This document shows, piece after piece, positions 10,897 to 20,812 of a stretch of 64,000 nt of DNA. The notes under the pieces are model-generated. The model worked only from the letters and a program-made list of their open reading frames with translations. It made no database searches and was not told the DNA's origin. The DNA is from an uncultured Armatimonadetes bacterium (GTDB taxonomy: Bacteria > Armatimonadota > Hebobacteria > Hebobacterales > Hebobacteraceae): assembly GCA_963716175.1 (NCBI GenBank), contig OY970296.1, positions 4,448,001 through 4,512,000 on the forward strand. Reading direction: 5' to 3'. Position numbers and translations under genes: made by a program. Each line of letters begins with the position of its first letter. Positions within the stretch are counted from its first letter, which is position 1.

Positions 10897-12471
10897 ATGA
10901 GACCGGGTCCGCGTGCAGTTGAGCGTTACGGTTATCTGATCGCGGCTGCTTCGGTAGTGGCCGCTACCGCGGCGTTCTACCCCGGGCGCGCGCACTTCGC
11001 GAAGGGGCAGTGGGCGCTGCTATATCTGCTGATCGTGGGCGTCGTGGCCGGCGTGAGCGGGGTCAGGCCGGCGCTCGCCGCCGCGATGCTCTCCTTCCTG
11101 GCCTGGAACTACTTCTTCTTGCCGCCTTACGGCACATTTCGCGTGGCCGATCCGAGAGACTGGCTGTCTCTCCTGGTGTTCCTGGCCGTAGGTGTGGCGA
11201 TCGGGCTCCAGACCGGCAGGCTCAGGGAGAGGGAGGCGGAGGCGCTGGCGCGAGAGCGCGAGGCCGGCCTGCTGAATCGCTTCAGCGCCCAACTCGTCTC
11301 CGATATCTCGGTGGAGGAGATGTCCAGGCGGCTGATCGCGGAAGTAGACGCCATCAGCGGCGCCAGGTGCACTGCACTGTTCCTCTGCGGCGAGCAGACA
11401 GCGCTCCAAGAATGCATCTCCTCGCCAGGAGCCGACTGCGCTCAGTTGCCCGAGGTCACCGAACTGGTGGCCTGGGTGCAGCGCCAGTCGAAGGCGATAG
11501 GCCTGCCGACACCCCCACGCAATCTGCCCGCGCAGAGGCAGGAGTGGCCGATCACGGTGGGCCACCGGGAGGCGGGAGCGCAGGGCGAAAGGCGCGATAT
11601 GTTCCTGCCGCTTCAGACCGCGACGCGACAGTCCGGTGTGCTCTACGTGGGCGAGCGCAAGGATGGCACGGCCTACACCTTCCACGATGCTCGACTGGTG
11701 GTCGCCCTCGCCTACCAGGCTTCGGTGTTCCTGGAGCGGACCTATCTCCGCTCGGTGGCGGTGCAGGCGGACGCATTGCGGGAAGCCGACCGGCTCAAGT
11801 CCACCTTGGTGTCCGCGGTCTCTCACGAGCTGAAGACGCCGCTGGCCTCACTGGAGGCAACCCTCACCAACCTGCTGGAACAGGATATGCCGCTGGAGGC
11901 GCAGCGCGTCCGGGTGGAGCTGCAGGCAGTGAAGCAGGACCTGGACCGGCTCGACAGCAGCATAGACTCGCTCTTGGACTTGTCGCGGCTGGAGGCCTCC
12001 GCCTGGGGGCCTGAGCTGGAATGGCACGAGCTGGGCGACATCGTGGGGGCCGCGCTGTCCCGCCTGGCCGAGTCCGCCGGAGTGGCCCGGGTGTCGGTGT
12101 CCTTCCCGCCTGACCTGCCGCTTATCCGCGTGGACTTCGCCCAGTGGGTGCGGGTGCTCGAGCATCTGCTGCGCAACGCGCTCGCCTACAGCGGGCCCAG
12201 CAGCCCGGTCCGTGTGGGCGCATCGCTGACCGCCACGGAAGTGCGGGTGTGGGTGGAGGACGAAGGCCCAGGGATCGCGCCGGACGAGCGGGAGCAGATC
12301 TTCGCCAAGTTCTACCGGGGCCAGTCGGCCCGCCTGGGGCGGGCCCCTTCGGGAACTGGGTTGGGACTGGCGATCACCCGCGAGATCGTCCGCTTCCACG
12401 GGGGCAGAGTCTGGGTGGAGGACGTAGTCCCGCACGGGGCGCGTTTCGTGATCGCCATCCCCAGAGAGTAA
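10897..12471 (+). CDS. kdpD: KdpD C-terminal module: DUF4118 TM domain + GAF + histidine kinase
   Basis: NYFFLPPYGTF TM motif; VSHELKTPL H-box; GTGLGLAI G2 box; adjacent to kdpE. Lacks the N-terminal KdpD/Usp domains. Confidence 0.85.
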   Translation: MRPGPRAVERYGYLIAAASVVAATAAFYPGRAHFAKGQWALLYLLIVGVVAGVSGVRPALAAAMLSFLAWNYFFLPPYGTFRVADPRDWLSLLVFLAVGVAIGLQTGRLREREAEALAREREAGLLNRFSAQLVSDISVEEMSRRLIAEVDAISGARCTALFLCGEQTALQECISSPGADCAQLPEVTELVAWVQRQSKAIGLPTPPRNLPAQRQEWPITVGHREAGAQGERRDMFLPLQTATRQSGVLYVGERKDGTAYTFHDARLVVALAYQASVFLERTYLRSVAVQADALREADRLKSTLVSAVSHELKTPLASLEATLTNLLEQDMPLEAQRVRVELQAVKQDLDRLDSSIDSLLDLSRLEASAWGPELEWHELGDIVGAALSRLAESAGVARVSVSFPPDLPLIRVDFAQWVRVLEHLLRNALAYSGPSSPVRVGASLTATEVRVWVEDEGPGIAPDEREQIFAKFYRGQSARLGRAPSGTGLGLAITREIVRFHGGRVWVEDVVPHGARFVIAIPRE

Positions 12472-12490
12472 GCCGCCGCTGAGCGCACAG

Positions 12491-13189
12491 ATGGGTGCTC
12501 CGGAGAAGCCAGCCAGAATACTGGTCGTTGACGATGAGGCCCAGATCCGCCGCGCCCTGGGCTCGATCCTCTCCACGCGGGGATACGAGGTGCTCTTCGC
12601 CTCCCAGGGCGCGGAGGGACTCGACCTCGCCATCGAGCATAATCCCGACCTGGTGATACTCGATCTGGCCATGCCCGAGATGGGAGGGCTGGAGTTGTGC
12701 CGCGAGCTGCGCACCTGGTACACCGCCCCCATCCTGGTGCTCAGTGTGAAGGGCAGCGAGGCCGACAAGATCGCTGCTCTTGACCTGGGGGCCGATGACT
12801 ACGTCACCAAACCCTTCTCGGCCGGCGAGTTGCTGGCCCGCGTCCGCGCCCTGCTGCGGCGCGCCGCCGGCCAGACCGCGCCCCGGCCGGTGATCGCTGC
12901 CGGCGACCTGGAGATAGACATCGCACAGCGGCGAGTCAGGCGCGCCGGACAGGAGATCGAGCTCACCCGGATTGAGTTCGATATCCTGGCCTACCTGGCC
13001 CAGAACGCTGACTGCGTCGTCACCTCCAAGATGATACTGGAGCGAGTCTGGGGCCCAGAGTACAGCGCGGACACCCAGACCCTGCGGGTCCATATCAGCC
13101 ATCTGCGCAAGAAGATCGAACCCCACCCCTCCGTCCCCCGCTACCTCCTCACCGAGCCGGGCGTAGGTTTCCGCCTCTCCACCTCCTGA
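12491..13189 (+). CDS. kdpE: OmpR-family response regulator KdpE
   Basis: ILVVDDE, LDL, GADDYVTKPF, LRVHISHLRKKIE..PSVPRYLLTEPGVGFR; located in the kdp locus. Confidence 0.9.
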   Translation: MGAPEKPARILVVDDEAQIRRALGSILSTRGYEVLFASQGAEGLDLAIEHNPDLVILDLAMPEMGGLELCRELRTWYTAPILVLSVKGSEADKIAALDLGADDYVTKPFSAGELLARVRALLRRAAGQTAPRPVIAAGDLEIDIAQRRVRRAGQEIELTRIEFDILAYLAQNADCVVTSKMILERVWGPEYSADTQTLRVHISHLRKKIEPHPSVPRYLLTEPGVGFRLSTS

Positions 13190-13226
13190 TCCCATCACCC
13201 TACAAGCCGCCGACACTACACAGTAT

Positions 13227-13281
13227 CTTAACGGCGGCCGCTCCTGCCTTCATGCCGCCTTTACACCCCGAGGGGTAGTAT
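13227..13281 (+). promoter_or_regulatory. Putative KdpE binding site and -10 element of the kdp operon
   Basis: Half-sites CTTAAC (13227), TTCATG (13249) and TTTACA (13260) at 22/11-bp spacing. TTTACACCCCG matches the E. coli kdpFABC operator as recalled. TAGTAT at 13276-13281. Confidence 0.6.
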
Positions 13282-13301
13282 CCGGAAGACGGTAGGGAGG
13301 C

Positions 13302-13817
13302 ATGAAAATGGCATCACCAGCACACCCTTCTCTTGACGGGGCATTGCTCGCCCTGGTGTTCGCCAGCGTCCTGTTCGCGGCGCTGTGGATGTTGAGGACG
13401 TCCCAGGCGTCGGCAGAGGCAGAGGGCGCCGGCCGATCGCCGGACAGGGCCAGTGTGATCCTGGTGCCAGTCACGAGTTCTAGCGAGTCGCAGCGCCGGG
13501 TGGAGCTGGCCTGCCAGTTGGCCCGGGAGCGGCGCGCCACGCTCCTGCTCGTGTACCTGATTGAGGTCCCGTGGACGCTGCCATTGGATGCTACGCTGGA
13601 GCAGGCGGACCAGGAGGCGCGAGCGGCGCTGGAGACCGCTCGGGAAGTGGCGGCGCGACACACGGTGCCAGTTGAGACCGTGGTCCAGCGAACCCGGGTA
13701 GCGCGAGACGGCATTGCAGCGGCCGCAAAGCGCCATCAGGTTGATCTGGTTTTCGACGGTCGCGGCCCGCGAGAGAGGCGCTGGCGTCCTGCCTGGGGGC
13801 GGCCGGGGCCAAGGTAG
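13302..13817 (+). CDS. Universal stress protein with an N-terminal transmembrane helix
   Basis: GGGAGG RBS; hydrophobic residues about 12-30; ILVPV, LLVYLIEVP and VDLVFDG Usp pattern. Confidence 0.75.
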   Translation: MKMASPAHPSLDGALLALVFASVLFAALWMLRTSQASAEAEGAGRSPDRASVILVPVTSSSESQRRVELACQLARERRATLLLVYLIEVPWTLPLDATLEQADQEARAALETAREVAARHTVPVETVVQRTRVARDGIAAAAKRHQVDLVFDGRGPRERRWRPAWGRPGPR

Positions 13818-13822
13818 ACATC

Positions 13823-13918
13823 ATGGCCGACGCCGGCTTGCTGCTTCTGACTTTCGCGTTCCTGGGCTTCAGCCTCTGGTACGTGCGCGCCCTGGACAGG
13901 CTATCGCGGGGAGGCTGA
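13823..13918 (+). CDS. 31-aa membrane peptide upstream of kdpF (KdpZ-like)
   Basis: Translated by hand: MADAGLLLLTFAFLGFSLWYVRALDRLSRGG*. It fills the gap between the usp gene and kdpF and is absent from the ORF track. Confidence 0.7.
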   Translation: MADAGLLLLTFAFLGFSLWYVRALDRLSRGG

Positions 13919-13919
13919 C

Positions 13920-14009
13920 GTGAACGTCGAGTACCTGGTCAACGGGGCGATTGCATTGGGTCTGCTCCTCTACCTGGGGTACGCACTGCTGAAGCCTGAG
14001 CGGCTGTAG
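13920..14009 (+). CDS. kdpF: K+-transporting ATPase subunit F
   Basis: GTG start after GGAGG; MNVEYLVNGAIALGLLLYLGYALLKPERL* carries the YL.YALL.PE signature; directly before kdpA. Confidence 0.9.
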   Translation: MNVEYLVNGAIALGLLLYLGYALLKPERL

Positions 14010-14031
14010 CACTGCTGAGTGGTGGGATGAG

Positions 14032-15759
14032 ATGCGCACGGGCGATATCCTGCAGTTACTCCTGTTCCTGGTTCTCCTGCTCCTGCTGACCCGGCCCCTG
14101 GGCCGCTATATGGCGCGGGTCTTCTCGGGGGAGAGGACTCTTCTCAGCCCCATCCTGGGTCCGCTCGAGGGCTTGATTTACCGGCTCTGCCACATTGATC
14201 CAGCGAGCGAGATGCGCTGGACCACCTACACCGCGACCATGCTGCTGTTCAACTTCTGCGGTCTGTTCTTGCTCTACCTCATCCTCAGGTTGCAGCAGTT
14301 CCATCCCTGGAACCCGCAGCAGTTCAGGGGAATGCGCCCTGACCTCGCGTTCAACACCGCGGTCAGCTTCGCCACCAACACCAACTGGCAGGCCTATGCC
14401 GGGGAGAGCACCGTCACCTACTTCACGCAGATGGCCGGGTTAGCCTACCACAACTTCGTGTCCGCAGCCACGGGGATCGCGCTGGCCGTCGCCCTCATCC
14501 GCGGCCTCACCCGCCGCAGCGGCCGGGAGATCGGCAACTTCTGGGTGGACCTCACGCGGTGCTGCGTCTACCTCCTTCTGCCGCTCTCGATCCTGGGAGC
14601 GCTGGCACTGGTGTGGCAGGGCTGCATTCAGAACCTATCCCCCTATGTCACTGTCACTACCCTGGAAGGCGCCCGGCGGCTCATCGCGCAAGGGCCTGTG
14701 GCCTCCCAGGAAATCATCAAGGAGCTGGGCACGAACGGCGGCGGCTTCTTCAACGCGAACTCCGCCCACCCATTCGAGAACCCGACTCCTCTGACCAACT
14801 TCATCGAGATGCTGGCCATCTTGTGCATCCCAGCAGCGCTGACCTACACGTTCGGCCTCTACGCGCGGAACCAGCGGCAGGGCTGGGCGCTGTTCGCCGC
14901 CATGGTGGTGCTCTTCCTGACCGCCTTTGCCGTCGTCTACACCAGCGAGCAGGCTGGGAACCCCATCCTGTCCCACCTCGGCGTGAACCAGGTCGCGAGC
15001 ACGACTCAACCGGGCGGTAACATGGAGGGGAAAGAAGTGCGCTTCGGCATCCTCAACTCCGCCCTGTGGGCAACCACCACCACCGACACCTCTTGCGGCG
15101 CGGTGAACGCGATGCACGACAGCCTGACGCCACTGGCGGGCGGCATGGTGATGCTCAACATCGCCCTCGGCGAGATCGTCTTCGGCGGCGTCGGCACCGG
15201 ACTGATGGGCATGCTCGTCTTCGCCATGCTCGCGGTCTTCATCGCCGGGCTCATGGTCGGGCGCACCCCCGAGTACCTCGGAAAGAAGATTGAAGCGAAG
15301 GAGATGAAGCTGGCGATGCTCGCGGTGCTGGTGCTGGAGGCGAGCATCCTCTGCGTTGGCGCGCTGGCCGTGGCGATGCCGGCCGGGCTCGCGGGCCGGC
15401 TCAACTCCGGGCCGCACGGATTGAGCGAGATCCTCTACGCCGCCAGTTCGGCCACCGGAAACAATGGCAGCGCCTTCGCCGGGCTCAACGCCAACACGCC
15501 CTTCTACAGCATCACCCTGGCGCTGGCGATGCTGGCGGGGCGGTTCTTCTTCATCATCCCGGTGATGGCCATTGCCGGGTCCGTGATCGAGAAGAAGACC
15601 GTGCCGGAGTCCAGCGGTACTCTTCCGACGACCGGGTGGCTGTTCGTAGCGCTGCTGGTCGGAGTGATCCTGATTGTCGCAGCGCTGACCTTCTTCCCGG
15701 CCTACGGCCTCGGCCCGGTGGTCGAGCACCTGATGATGCAGACCGGCAGGCTGTACTAG
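14032..15759 (+). CDS. kdpA: K+-transporting ATPase subunit A
   Basis: FNTAVSFATNTNWQAY, LGTNGGGFFNANSAHPFENP, GRTPEYLGKKI and NNGSAFAG motifs. Confidence 0.98.
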   Translation: MRTGDILQLLLFLVLLLLLTRPLGRYMARVFSGERTLLSPILGPLEGLIYRLCHIDPASEMRWTTYTATMLLFNFCGLFLLYLILRLQQFHPWNPQQFRGMRPDLAFNTAVSFATNTNWQAYAGESTVTYFTQMAGLAYHNFVSAATGIALAVALIRGLTRRSGREIGNFWVDLTRCCVYLLLPLSILGALALVWQGCIQNLSPYVTVTTLEGARRLIAQGPVASQEIIKELGTNGGGFFNANSAHPFENPTPLTNFIEMLAILCIPAALTYTFGLYARNQRQGWALFAAMVVLFLTAFAVVYTSEQAGNPILSHLGVNQVASTTQPGGNMEGKEVRFGILNSALWATTTTDTSCGAVNAMHDSLTPLAGGMVMLNIALGEIVFGGVGTGLMGMLVFAMLAVFIAGLMVGRTPEYLGKKIEAKEMKLAMLAVLVLEASILCVGALAVAMPAGLAGRLNSGPHGLSEILYAASSATGNNGSAFAGLNANTPFYSITLALAMLAGRFFFIIPVMAIAGSVIEKKTVPESSGTLPTTGWLFVALLVGVILIVAALTFFPAYGLGPVVEHLMMQTGRLY

Positions 15760-15774
15760 CAGGAGTTGCCTCCG

Positions 15775-17886
15775 ATGACCGCTACCCATGACTCCCCACG
15801 TGGCCATCTTGTCGAGGAGCACGCGCTGACGCCAGTGCACGCTACGCCCTCCGCGCGCAGGCCGCGGCGCCAGTTCTCCATCGCGCACCTGATCAAGCAG
15901 GCGGCCATTGACAGCTTCAGGAAGCTGCATCCGGCGGTGATGATCCACAATCCGGTGATGTTCGTCACCGAGGTGGGAAGCATCATCTCCAGCTACTACT
16001 TCCTGGCTTCTCTGCTCTCTGGATCGGCTGAAGCGGGCTTCTTAGGAGGCATTGCCGCCTGGCTCTGGTTCACGGTGCTGTTCGCCAACTTCGCCGAGGC
16101 GATGGCGGAGGGACGCGGCAAGGCTCAGGCCGACACCTTGCGCAAGATGAAGACCGAAACCGTGGCCAATCGCGTGGTTGACGGCAGGACGGAGAGAATC
16201 CCGGCGGCGAAGCTGCGCAGAGACGACGTGGTCTTGGTCTCGGCGGGCGAGATCATCCCGGGCGACGGCGAGGTGATCGCGGGCATTGCCTCGGTGGATG
16301 AGTCCGCCATCACCGGCGAGTCCGCGCCTGTGATCAGGGAGAGCGGGGGAGATCGGAGCGCAGTCACTGGCGGCACCAAAGTCCTGTCTGATGAGATCAA
16401 GGTGCGCATCACTTCGGAGCCCGGACAGACGTTTCTCGATCGCATGATCGCGCTGGTGGAGGGCGCCTCCCGTCAGAAGACGCCCAACGAGATCGCCCTC
16501 AGCATCCTGCTCGCCGGTCTCACCATCATCTTCCTGCTGGTGGTGGTAACACTGCTGCCCTTCGCCATCTACTCCGGCCGCCCGGTGCCCATCACCATAC
16601 TGATCGCGCTGCTGGTGTGTCTGATGCCCACCACCATCGGCGGCCTGCTCTCCGCCATTGGCATCGCCGGCATGGATCGGTTGGTGAAGCACAACGTCCT
16701 CGCTATGTCCGGCCGTGCCGTGGAGGCGGCAGGGGATGTGGACACCTTGCTGCTGGACAAGACGGGAACCATTACGCTGGGCAACCGTCAGGCCGCTGAG
16801 TTCATCGCAGTTGACGGATATACGCAGGCGGAGGTGGCCGATGCTGCTCAGCTCGCCTCCCTCAGTGACGAGACCCCGGAGGGCCGTTCGGTGGTGGTGC
16901 TGGCAAAGCAGTTCGGCATCCGGGAGCGACATCTCCATCCCGCGGAGGCCGAGTTCATACCATTCTCCGCTCACACGCGCATGAGCGGTATTGACCTGCG
17001 CGGGCACAGGATCCGGAAGGGAGCCGCCGACGCCGTCCGCGCCTGGGTGGAGGCGCAGGGCGGAGCCATGCCCACTGGCTTGCAGCCTATCGTCGCCAAC
17101 ATCGCCAACCGCGGCGGCACGCCATTGGCCGTGGCCCGGGATAAGCAAGTCCTGGGCGTCGTTCACCTCAAGGATGTGGTCAAGGGAGGGATTCGCGAGC
17201 GGTTCCAGCAACTGCGTGCCATGGGCATCCGCACCGTCATGATCACGGGCGACAACCCCCTCACGGCGGCCGCCATCGCGAAAGAGGCCGGGGTGGATGA
17301 CTTCCTGGCCCAGGCCACTCCGGAGAACAAGATGGACCTGATCAAGCGCGAGCAGTCGCAGGGGAAGCTGGTCGCCATGACCGGCGACGGCACCAACGAC
17401 GCCCCTGCCCTGGCGCAGGCTGACGTGGGAGTGGCCATGAATACCGGCACCATGGCGGCGAAGGAGGCCGGCAACATGGTTGACCTGGACTCGAACCCCA
17501 CCAAGCTGATCGAGGTGGTGGCGATCGGGAAGCAACTGCTGATCACGCGGGGCGCGCTGACCACGTTCAGCATCGCCAACGACGTCGCCAAGTATTTCGC
17601 CATCCTCCCGGCGATCTTCACCCGCGCCTATCCCGCGCTGGCCGCGCTCAACATCATGCGCCTGCATTCCCCCCACAGCGCCATTCTGTCCGCGGTCATC
17701 TTCAACGCGCTGATCATCGTGGCCTTGATCCCGCTGGCGCTAAGGGGGGTGAAGTATCGGCCGGCGCGCGCCGAAGCACTGCTGCGGCATAACCTGTTGG
17801 TATATGGGCTCGGCGGGCTGATGGCGCCCTTCTTCGGCATCAAACTGCTAGACCTGATTCTGATTGCGACGGGGCTTGGGAGCTGA
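15775..17886 (+). CDS. kdpB: K+-transporting ATPase subunit B
   Basis: TGES, DKTGT phosphorylation site, KGA, TGDN and [10 protein letters not shown] motifs; AGGAG RBS at 15761. Confidence 0.98.
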   Translation: MTATHDSPRGHLVEEHALTPVHATPSARRPRRQFSIAHLIKQAAIDSFRKLHPAVMIHNPVMFVTEVGSIISSYYFLASLLSGSAEAGFLGGIAAWLWFTVLFANFAEAMAEGRGKAQADTLRKMKTETVANRVVDGRTERIPAAKLRRDDVVLVSAGEIIPGDGEVIAGIASVDESAITGESAPVIRESGGDRSAVTGGTKVLSDEIKVRITSEPGQTFLDRMIALVEGASRQKTPNEIALSILLAGLTIIFLLVVVTLLPFAIYSGRPVPITILIALLVCLMPTTIGGLLSAIGIAGMDRLVKHNVLAMSGRAVEAAGDVDTLLLDKTGTITLGNRQAAEFIAVDGYTQAEVADAAQLASLSDETPEGRSVVVLAKQFGIRERHLHPAEAEFIPFSAHTRMSGIDLRGHRIRKGAADAVRAWVEAQGGAMPTGLQPIVANIANRGGTPLAVARDKQVLGVVHLKDVVKGGIRERFQQLRAMGIRTVMITGDNPLTAAAIAKEAGVDDFLAQATPENKMDLIKREQSQGKLVAMTGDGTNDAPALAQADVGVAMNTGTMAAKEAGNMVDLDSNPTKLIEVVAIGKQLLITRGALTTFSIANDVAKYFAILPAIFTRAYPALAALNIMRLHSPHSAILSAVIFNALIIVALIPLALRGVKYRPARAEALLRHNLLVYGLGGLMAPFFGIKLLDLILIATGLGS

Positions 17887-17899
17887 AGAGGTGAGCAGC

Positions 17900-18487
17900 A
17901 TGTGGCGACATACACTCGTGGCAATCCGTCTGGTGCTGGTGACCACGGCGCTGCTCGGGCTGATCTATCCGCTCCTCATCACCGGCCTGGCTCAGCTCAT
18001 CTTCCCGCGCCAGGCCAATGGCAGCATGATCACTCTGGGCGGGCGCGTGATCGGCTCGCAGCTGATCGGCCAGCAGTTCACCCGGCCCGAGTACTTCCAC
18101 CCTCGCCCCTCGGCGGCGGGCAGCGGGTACGACCCCACTGCTTCAGGCGGCTCGAACCTGGGCCCGACCAGCAGGAGATTGGCGGCACAGGTGGCCGCCC
18201 GCGTGGCCGAGCAGGCAGAAGAGAATCCAGGGCTGAGGCCCGGTAATATCCCTGCGGACATGGTGACGACCTCCGCCAGCGGCCTTGACCCCGACATCTC
18301 GGCGGCAAACGCCTACTCGCAAGTGAGAAGGGTGGCCGAAGCCCGGCACATGAACCAGGATAGGGTGGCGAAGCTGTTGGCGTCCCACTTGATCGGGCGG
18401 CAGTTCGGCTTACTCGGCGAGCCACGGGCGAATGTGCTCCGGCTCAACCTCGCGCTCGACGCCGCCAGTGGAGACAGTCGGCGATGA
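17900..18487 (+). CDS. kdpC: K+-transporting ATPase subunit C
   Basis: QANGS, YFHPRPSA, SGGSNLGP, SASGLDPDIS and NVLRLNLALD motifs. Confidence 0.97.
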   Translation: MWRHTLVAIRLVLVTTALLGLIYPLLITGLAQLIFPRQANGSMITLGGRVIGSQLIGQQFTRPEYFHPRPSAAGSGYDPTASGGSNLGPTSRRLAAQVAARVAEQAEENPGLRPGNIPADMVTTSASGLDPDISAANAYSQVRRVAEARHMNQDRVAKLLASHLIGRQFGLLGEPRANVLRLNLALDAASGDSRR

Positions 18488-19626
18488 CGCAAGAGGAAGC
18501 GATAGCCACGGAGAGCAGCCCCGCCAGACCGCGGGGGAAGCTCAAGATCTTCCTCGGCGCGGTTGCGGGCGTGGGCAAGACCTACCGCATGCTGGCGGAG
18601 GCCCACCGGCGGGTGTCCCGGGGCGAGGACGTGGTGATCGGCCTAGTGGAGACACACGGGCGGTCCGCCACCGAGGAACTCCTCCGGGGGCTGGAGCAGG
18701 TCCCCCGGAAGGCCATCGCATACCGGGACAAGACCTTCTATGAGCTCGACGTGGAGGCCGTGCTCGGGCGCAGGCCCGAGTGGGTGCTGATAGACGAGCT
18801 GGCCCATACCAACGTGCCCGGCATGACTCCGCCGAAGCGCTGGCAGAGCGCGGAGCAGATCCGGGACGCTGGTATCAGCGTGATCTCAACCCTCAACATC
18901 CAGCACTTGGAGAGCCTGAACGACGCAGTTTTCGAGATCACCGGCGTGCGGGTGCGCGAGACGATCCCCGACGCGATTGTGGACACCGCCGAGGAGGTGG
19001 AGCTGGAGGATCTCACTCCGGACGCACTCATCAACCGTCTCAAGCGCGGCGACATCTACCGCGGGGAGAAGATCCCGCAGGCCCTGGCCAACTTCTTCCG
19101 CAAGGGGAACATCGTGGCGCTCCGCGAGCTGGCGCTGCGCAAGACCGTAGATGAAGTGGACACAGAGCTCCACGACTACATGAGAACCCACCACATGGGC
19201 CAGGGCAAGGCCGCCCACGAGCATATCACCGTCTTGGTCGGCCCCCGTCCATTTGCGACCAGGCTGGTTCGCCGCGGGTACCGACTGGCAAAGCGGATGC
19301 AGGGCACCTTCAGCACCGTCCATGTACGCGTGCCCGGGGCCACCTTGAGCAAGGGCGAGGAGGCCCTGTTAGACGAGGCCTACGATCTCACCCGGAACCT
19401 GGGGGGCCAGGCGGTCGAGCTCTACGGCGACTCGGTCGCCGATGAGATCATCCGGCACGTCAAGGACGCCGGAACCACATTCATTGTGATGGGCCAGTCA
19501 GCTCGCAGCCGCCTGGAGGAGATCATCCGCGGCTCCATCATCAATCGCATCATGCGCGAGACCAGAAGCATGGATATCGTGGTCGTGGCTGACGCGGCTG
19601 AGGGCAGCCCGGAGGCAGCGGAGTAG
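18484..19626 (+). CDS. kdpD: Stand-alone KdpD N-terminal sensor domain + Usp domain
   Basis: RGKLKIFLGAVAGVGKTY, ETHGR, DELAHTN, NIQHLESLND and LRELALR motifs, then a Usp domain; no TM or kinase domain. Confidence 0.9.
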   Translation: MTQEEAIATESSPARPRGKLKIFLGAVAGVGKTYRMLAEAHRRVSRGEDVVIGLVETHGRSATEELLRGLEQVPRKAIAYRDKTFYELDVEAVLGRRPEWVLIDELAHTNVPGMTPPKRWQSAEQIRDAGISVISTLNIQHLESLNDAVFEITGVRVRETIPDAIVDTAEEVELEDLTPDALINRLKRGDIYRGEKIPQALANFFRKGNIVALRELALRKTVDEVDTELHDYMRTHHMGQGKAAHEHITVLVGPRPFATRLVRRGYRLAKRMQGTFSTVHVRVPGATLSKGEEALLDEAYDLTRNLGGQAVELYGDSVADEIIRHVKDAGTTFIVMGQSARSRLEEIIRGSIINRIMRETRSMDIVVVADAAEGSPEAAE

Positions 19627-19804
19627 CCTGGGCGCCCGTTCGCCGTCGGCGGCAACTCGCGGCGCTTCCGACCGCATGTATCCTCGAGGAAAACGCTCTG
19701 GCGTCGAACCCCCGGACCCCATCGACGTTTTCGCAGTTTCGATGGCAGGTCAGTTTCCTCCACCACTGCTCTCAGGTGGAACTCTCTCTGTACGTTTTCA
19801 GGCG

Positions 19805-20806
19805 TTCTCGGACATCGCCAACACCCTCAACACGGCCACCAACGGGACGATTGCCAGCTACTACCAGGAGGGCGGATTTGAATACCCGATCATCGTGCAG
19901 TTGCCGGAGGCGGACCGGAAGACGGTACCGGAACTGCGGGACCTGATCATCAATCCAGGCGCGTTGACGGCCGCCTCCCAGGCCGCCTTGCTGTCCGCTG
20001 CTACTGGCGCAGCCGCACCCACAGCATCCTCCCGCGCCTCGGCATCGGGGGCCAGCGCCTCCCAAGCGGTCCTGCTGCGGCAGGTGGCCGAGCCCGTCTA
20101 CGCGATGGGTCCCAGTGAGATCACGCGCCTCAACCGCCAACGCTACATCGCGGTCACGGGCACCCCGCAGGGACGTTCCTCCGGAGCGATCCAAGACAGC
20201 ATTCAGCGCGCGCTGGCCGGCTTTCGCCTTCCCGCCGGCTACTATTGGGATTGGGGCACGAACCAGAAGCGCCGCGCCCAGGAGTTCGCGAACCTGGGAA
20301 TCGCCGTAGCCCTCGCGGTGGGGCTGATCTACATGCTGCTGGCATCGCAGTTCGAATCTCTGGTCTACCCCCTGATCGTGCTGCTGTCCGTGCCGCTGGC
20401 GGGAACCGGGGTCATCCTCGCCCTCTTCTTGACCGGCCGCACTTTCGGGCTCACCGCGTTCATCGGGCTCCTGATGCTGGTGGGCATCGTGGTCAAGAAC
20501 GGGATCCTGCTGGTGGACTACACGAATCGGCTGCGCCGGCGCGGTATGCCCAGAGATGAGGCCGTGCTCACCGCCGGCCCAACGCGGATGCGGCCGATCC
20601 TGATGACCGCCTCCGCGGCCATGCTCGGCATGTTGCCTCTGGCGCTGGCCTTGGGGCGAGGCTCCGAGGTGCAGGCTCCGATGGCCACCGCGGTGATCGG
20701 TGGGCTCGCCACCTCCACCTTCCTCACGCTCTTCGTCGTTCCCACGGTCTACACTGTCTTCGATGACCTCGCGCAGAAACTGCGAACGAGGCGTGCGGGC
20801 AGGTAG
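19805..20806 (+). pseudogene. C-terminal third of an AcrB/AcrD/AcrF-family RND transporter (5'-truncated)
   Basis: YMLLASQFESL..P, GIVVKNGILLVDY, RMRPILMT and PMATAVIGG motifs. Homology-like sequence starts only at FSDIANT (about 19805); no N-terminal part upstream. Confidence 0.8.
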
Positions 20807-20812
20807 CGCCCC

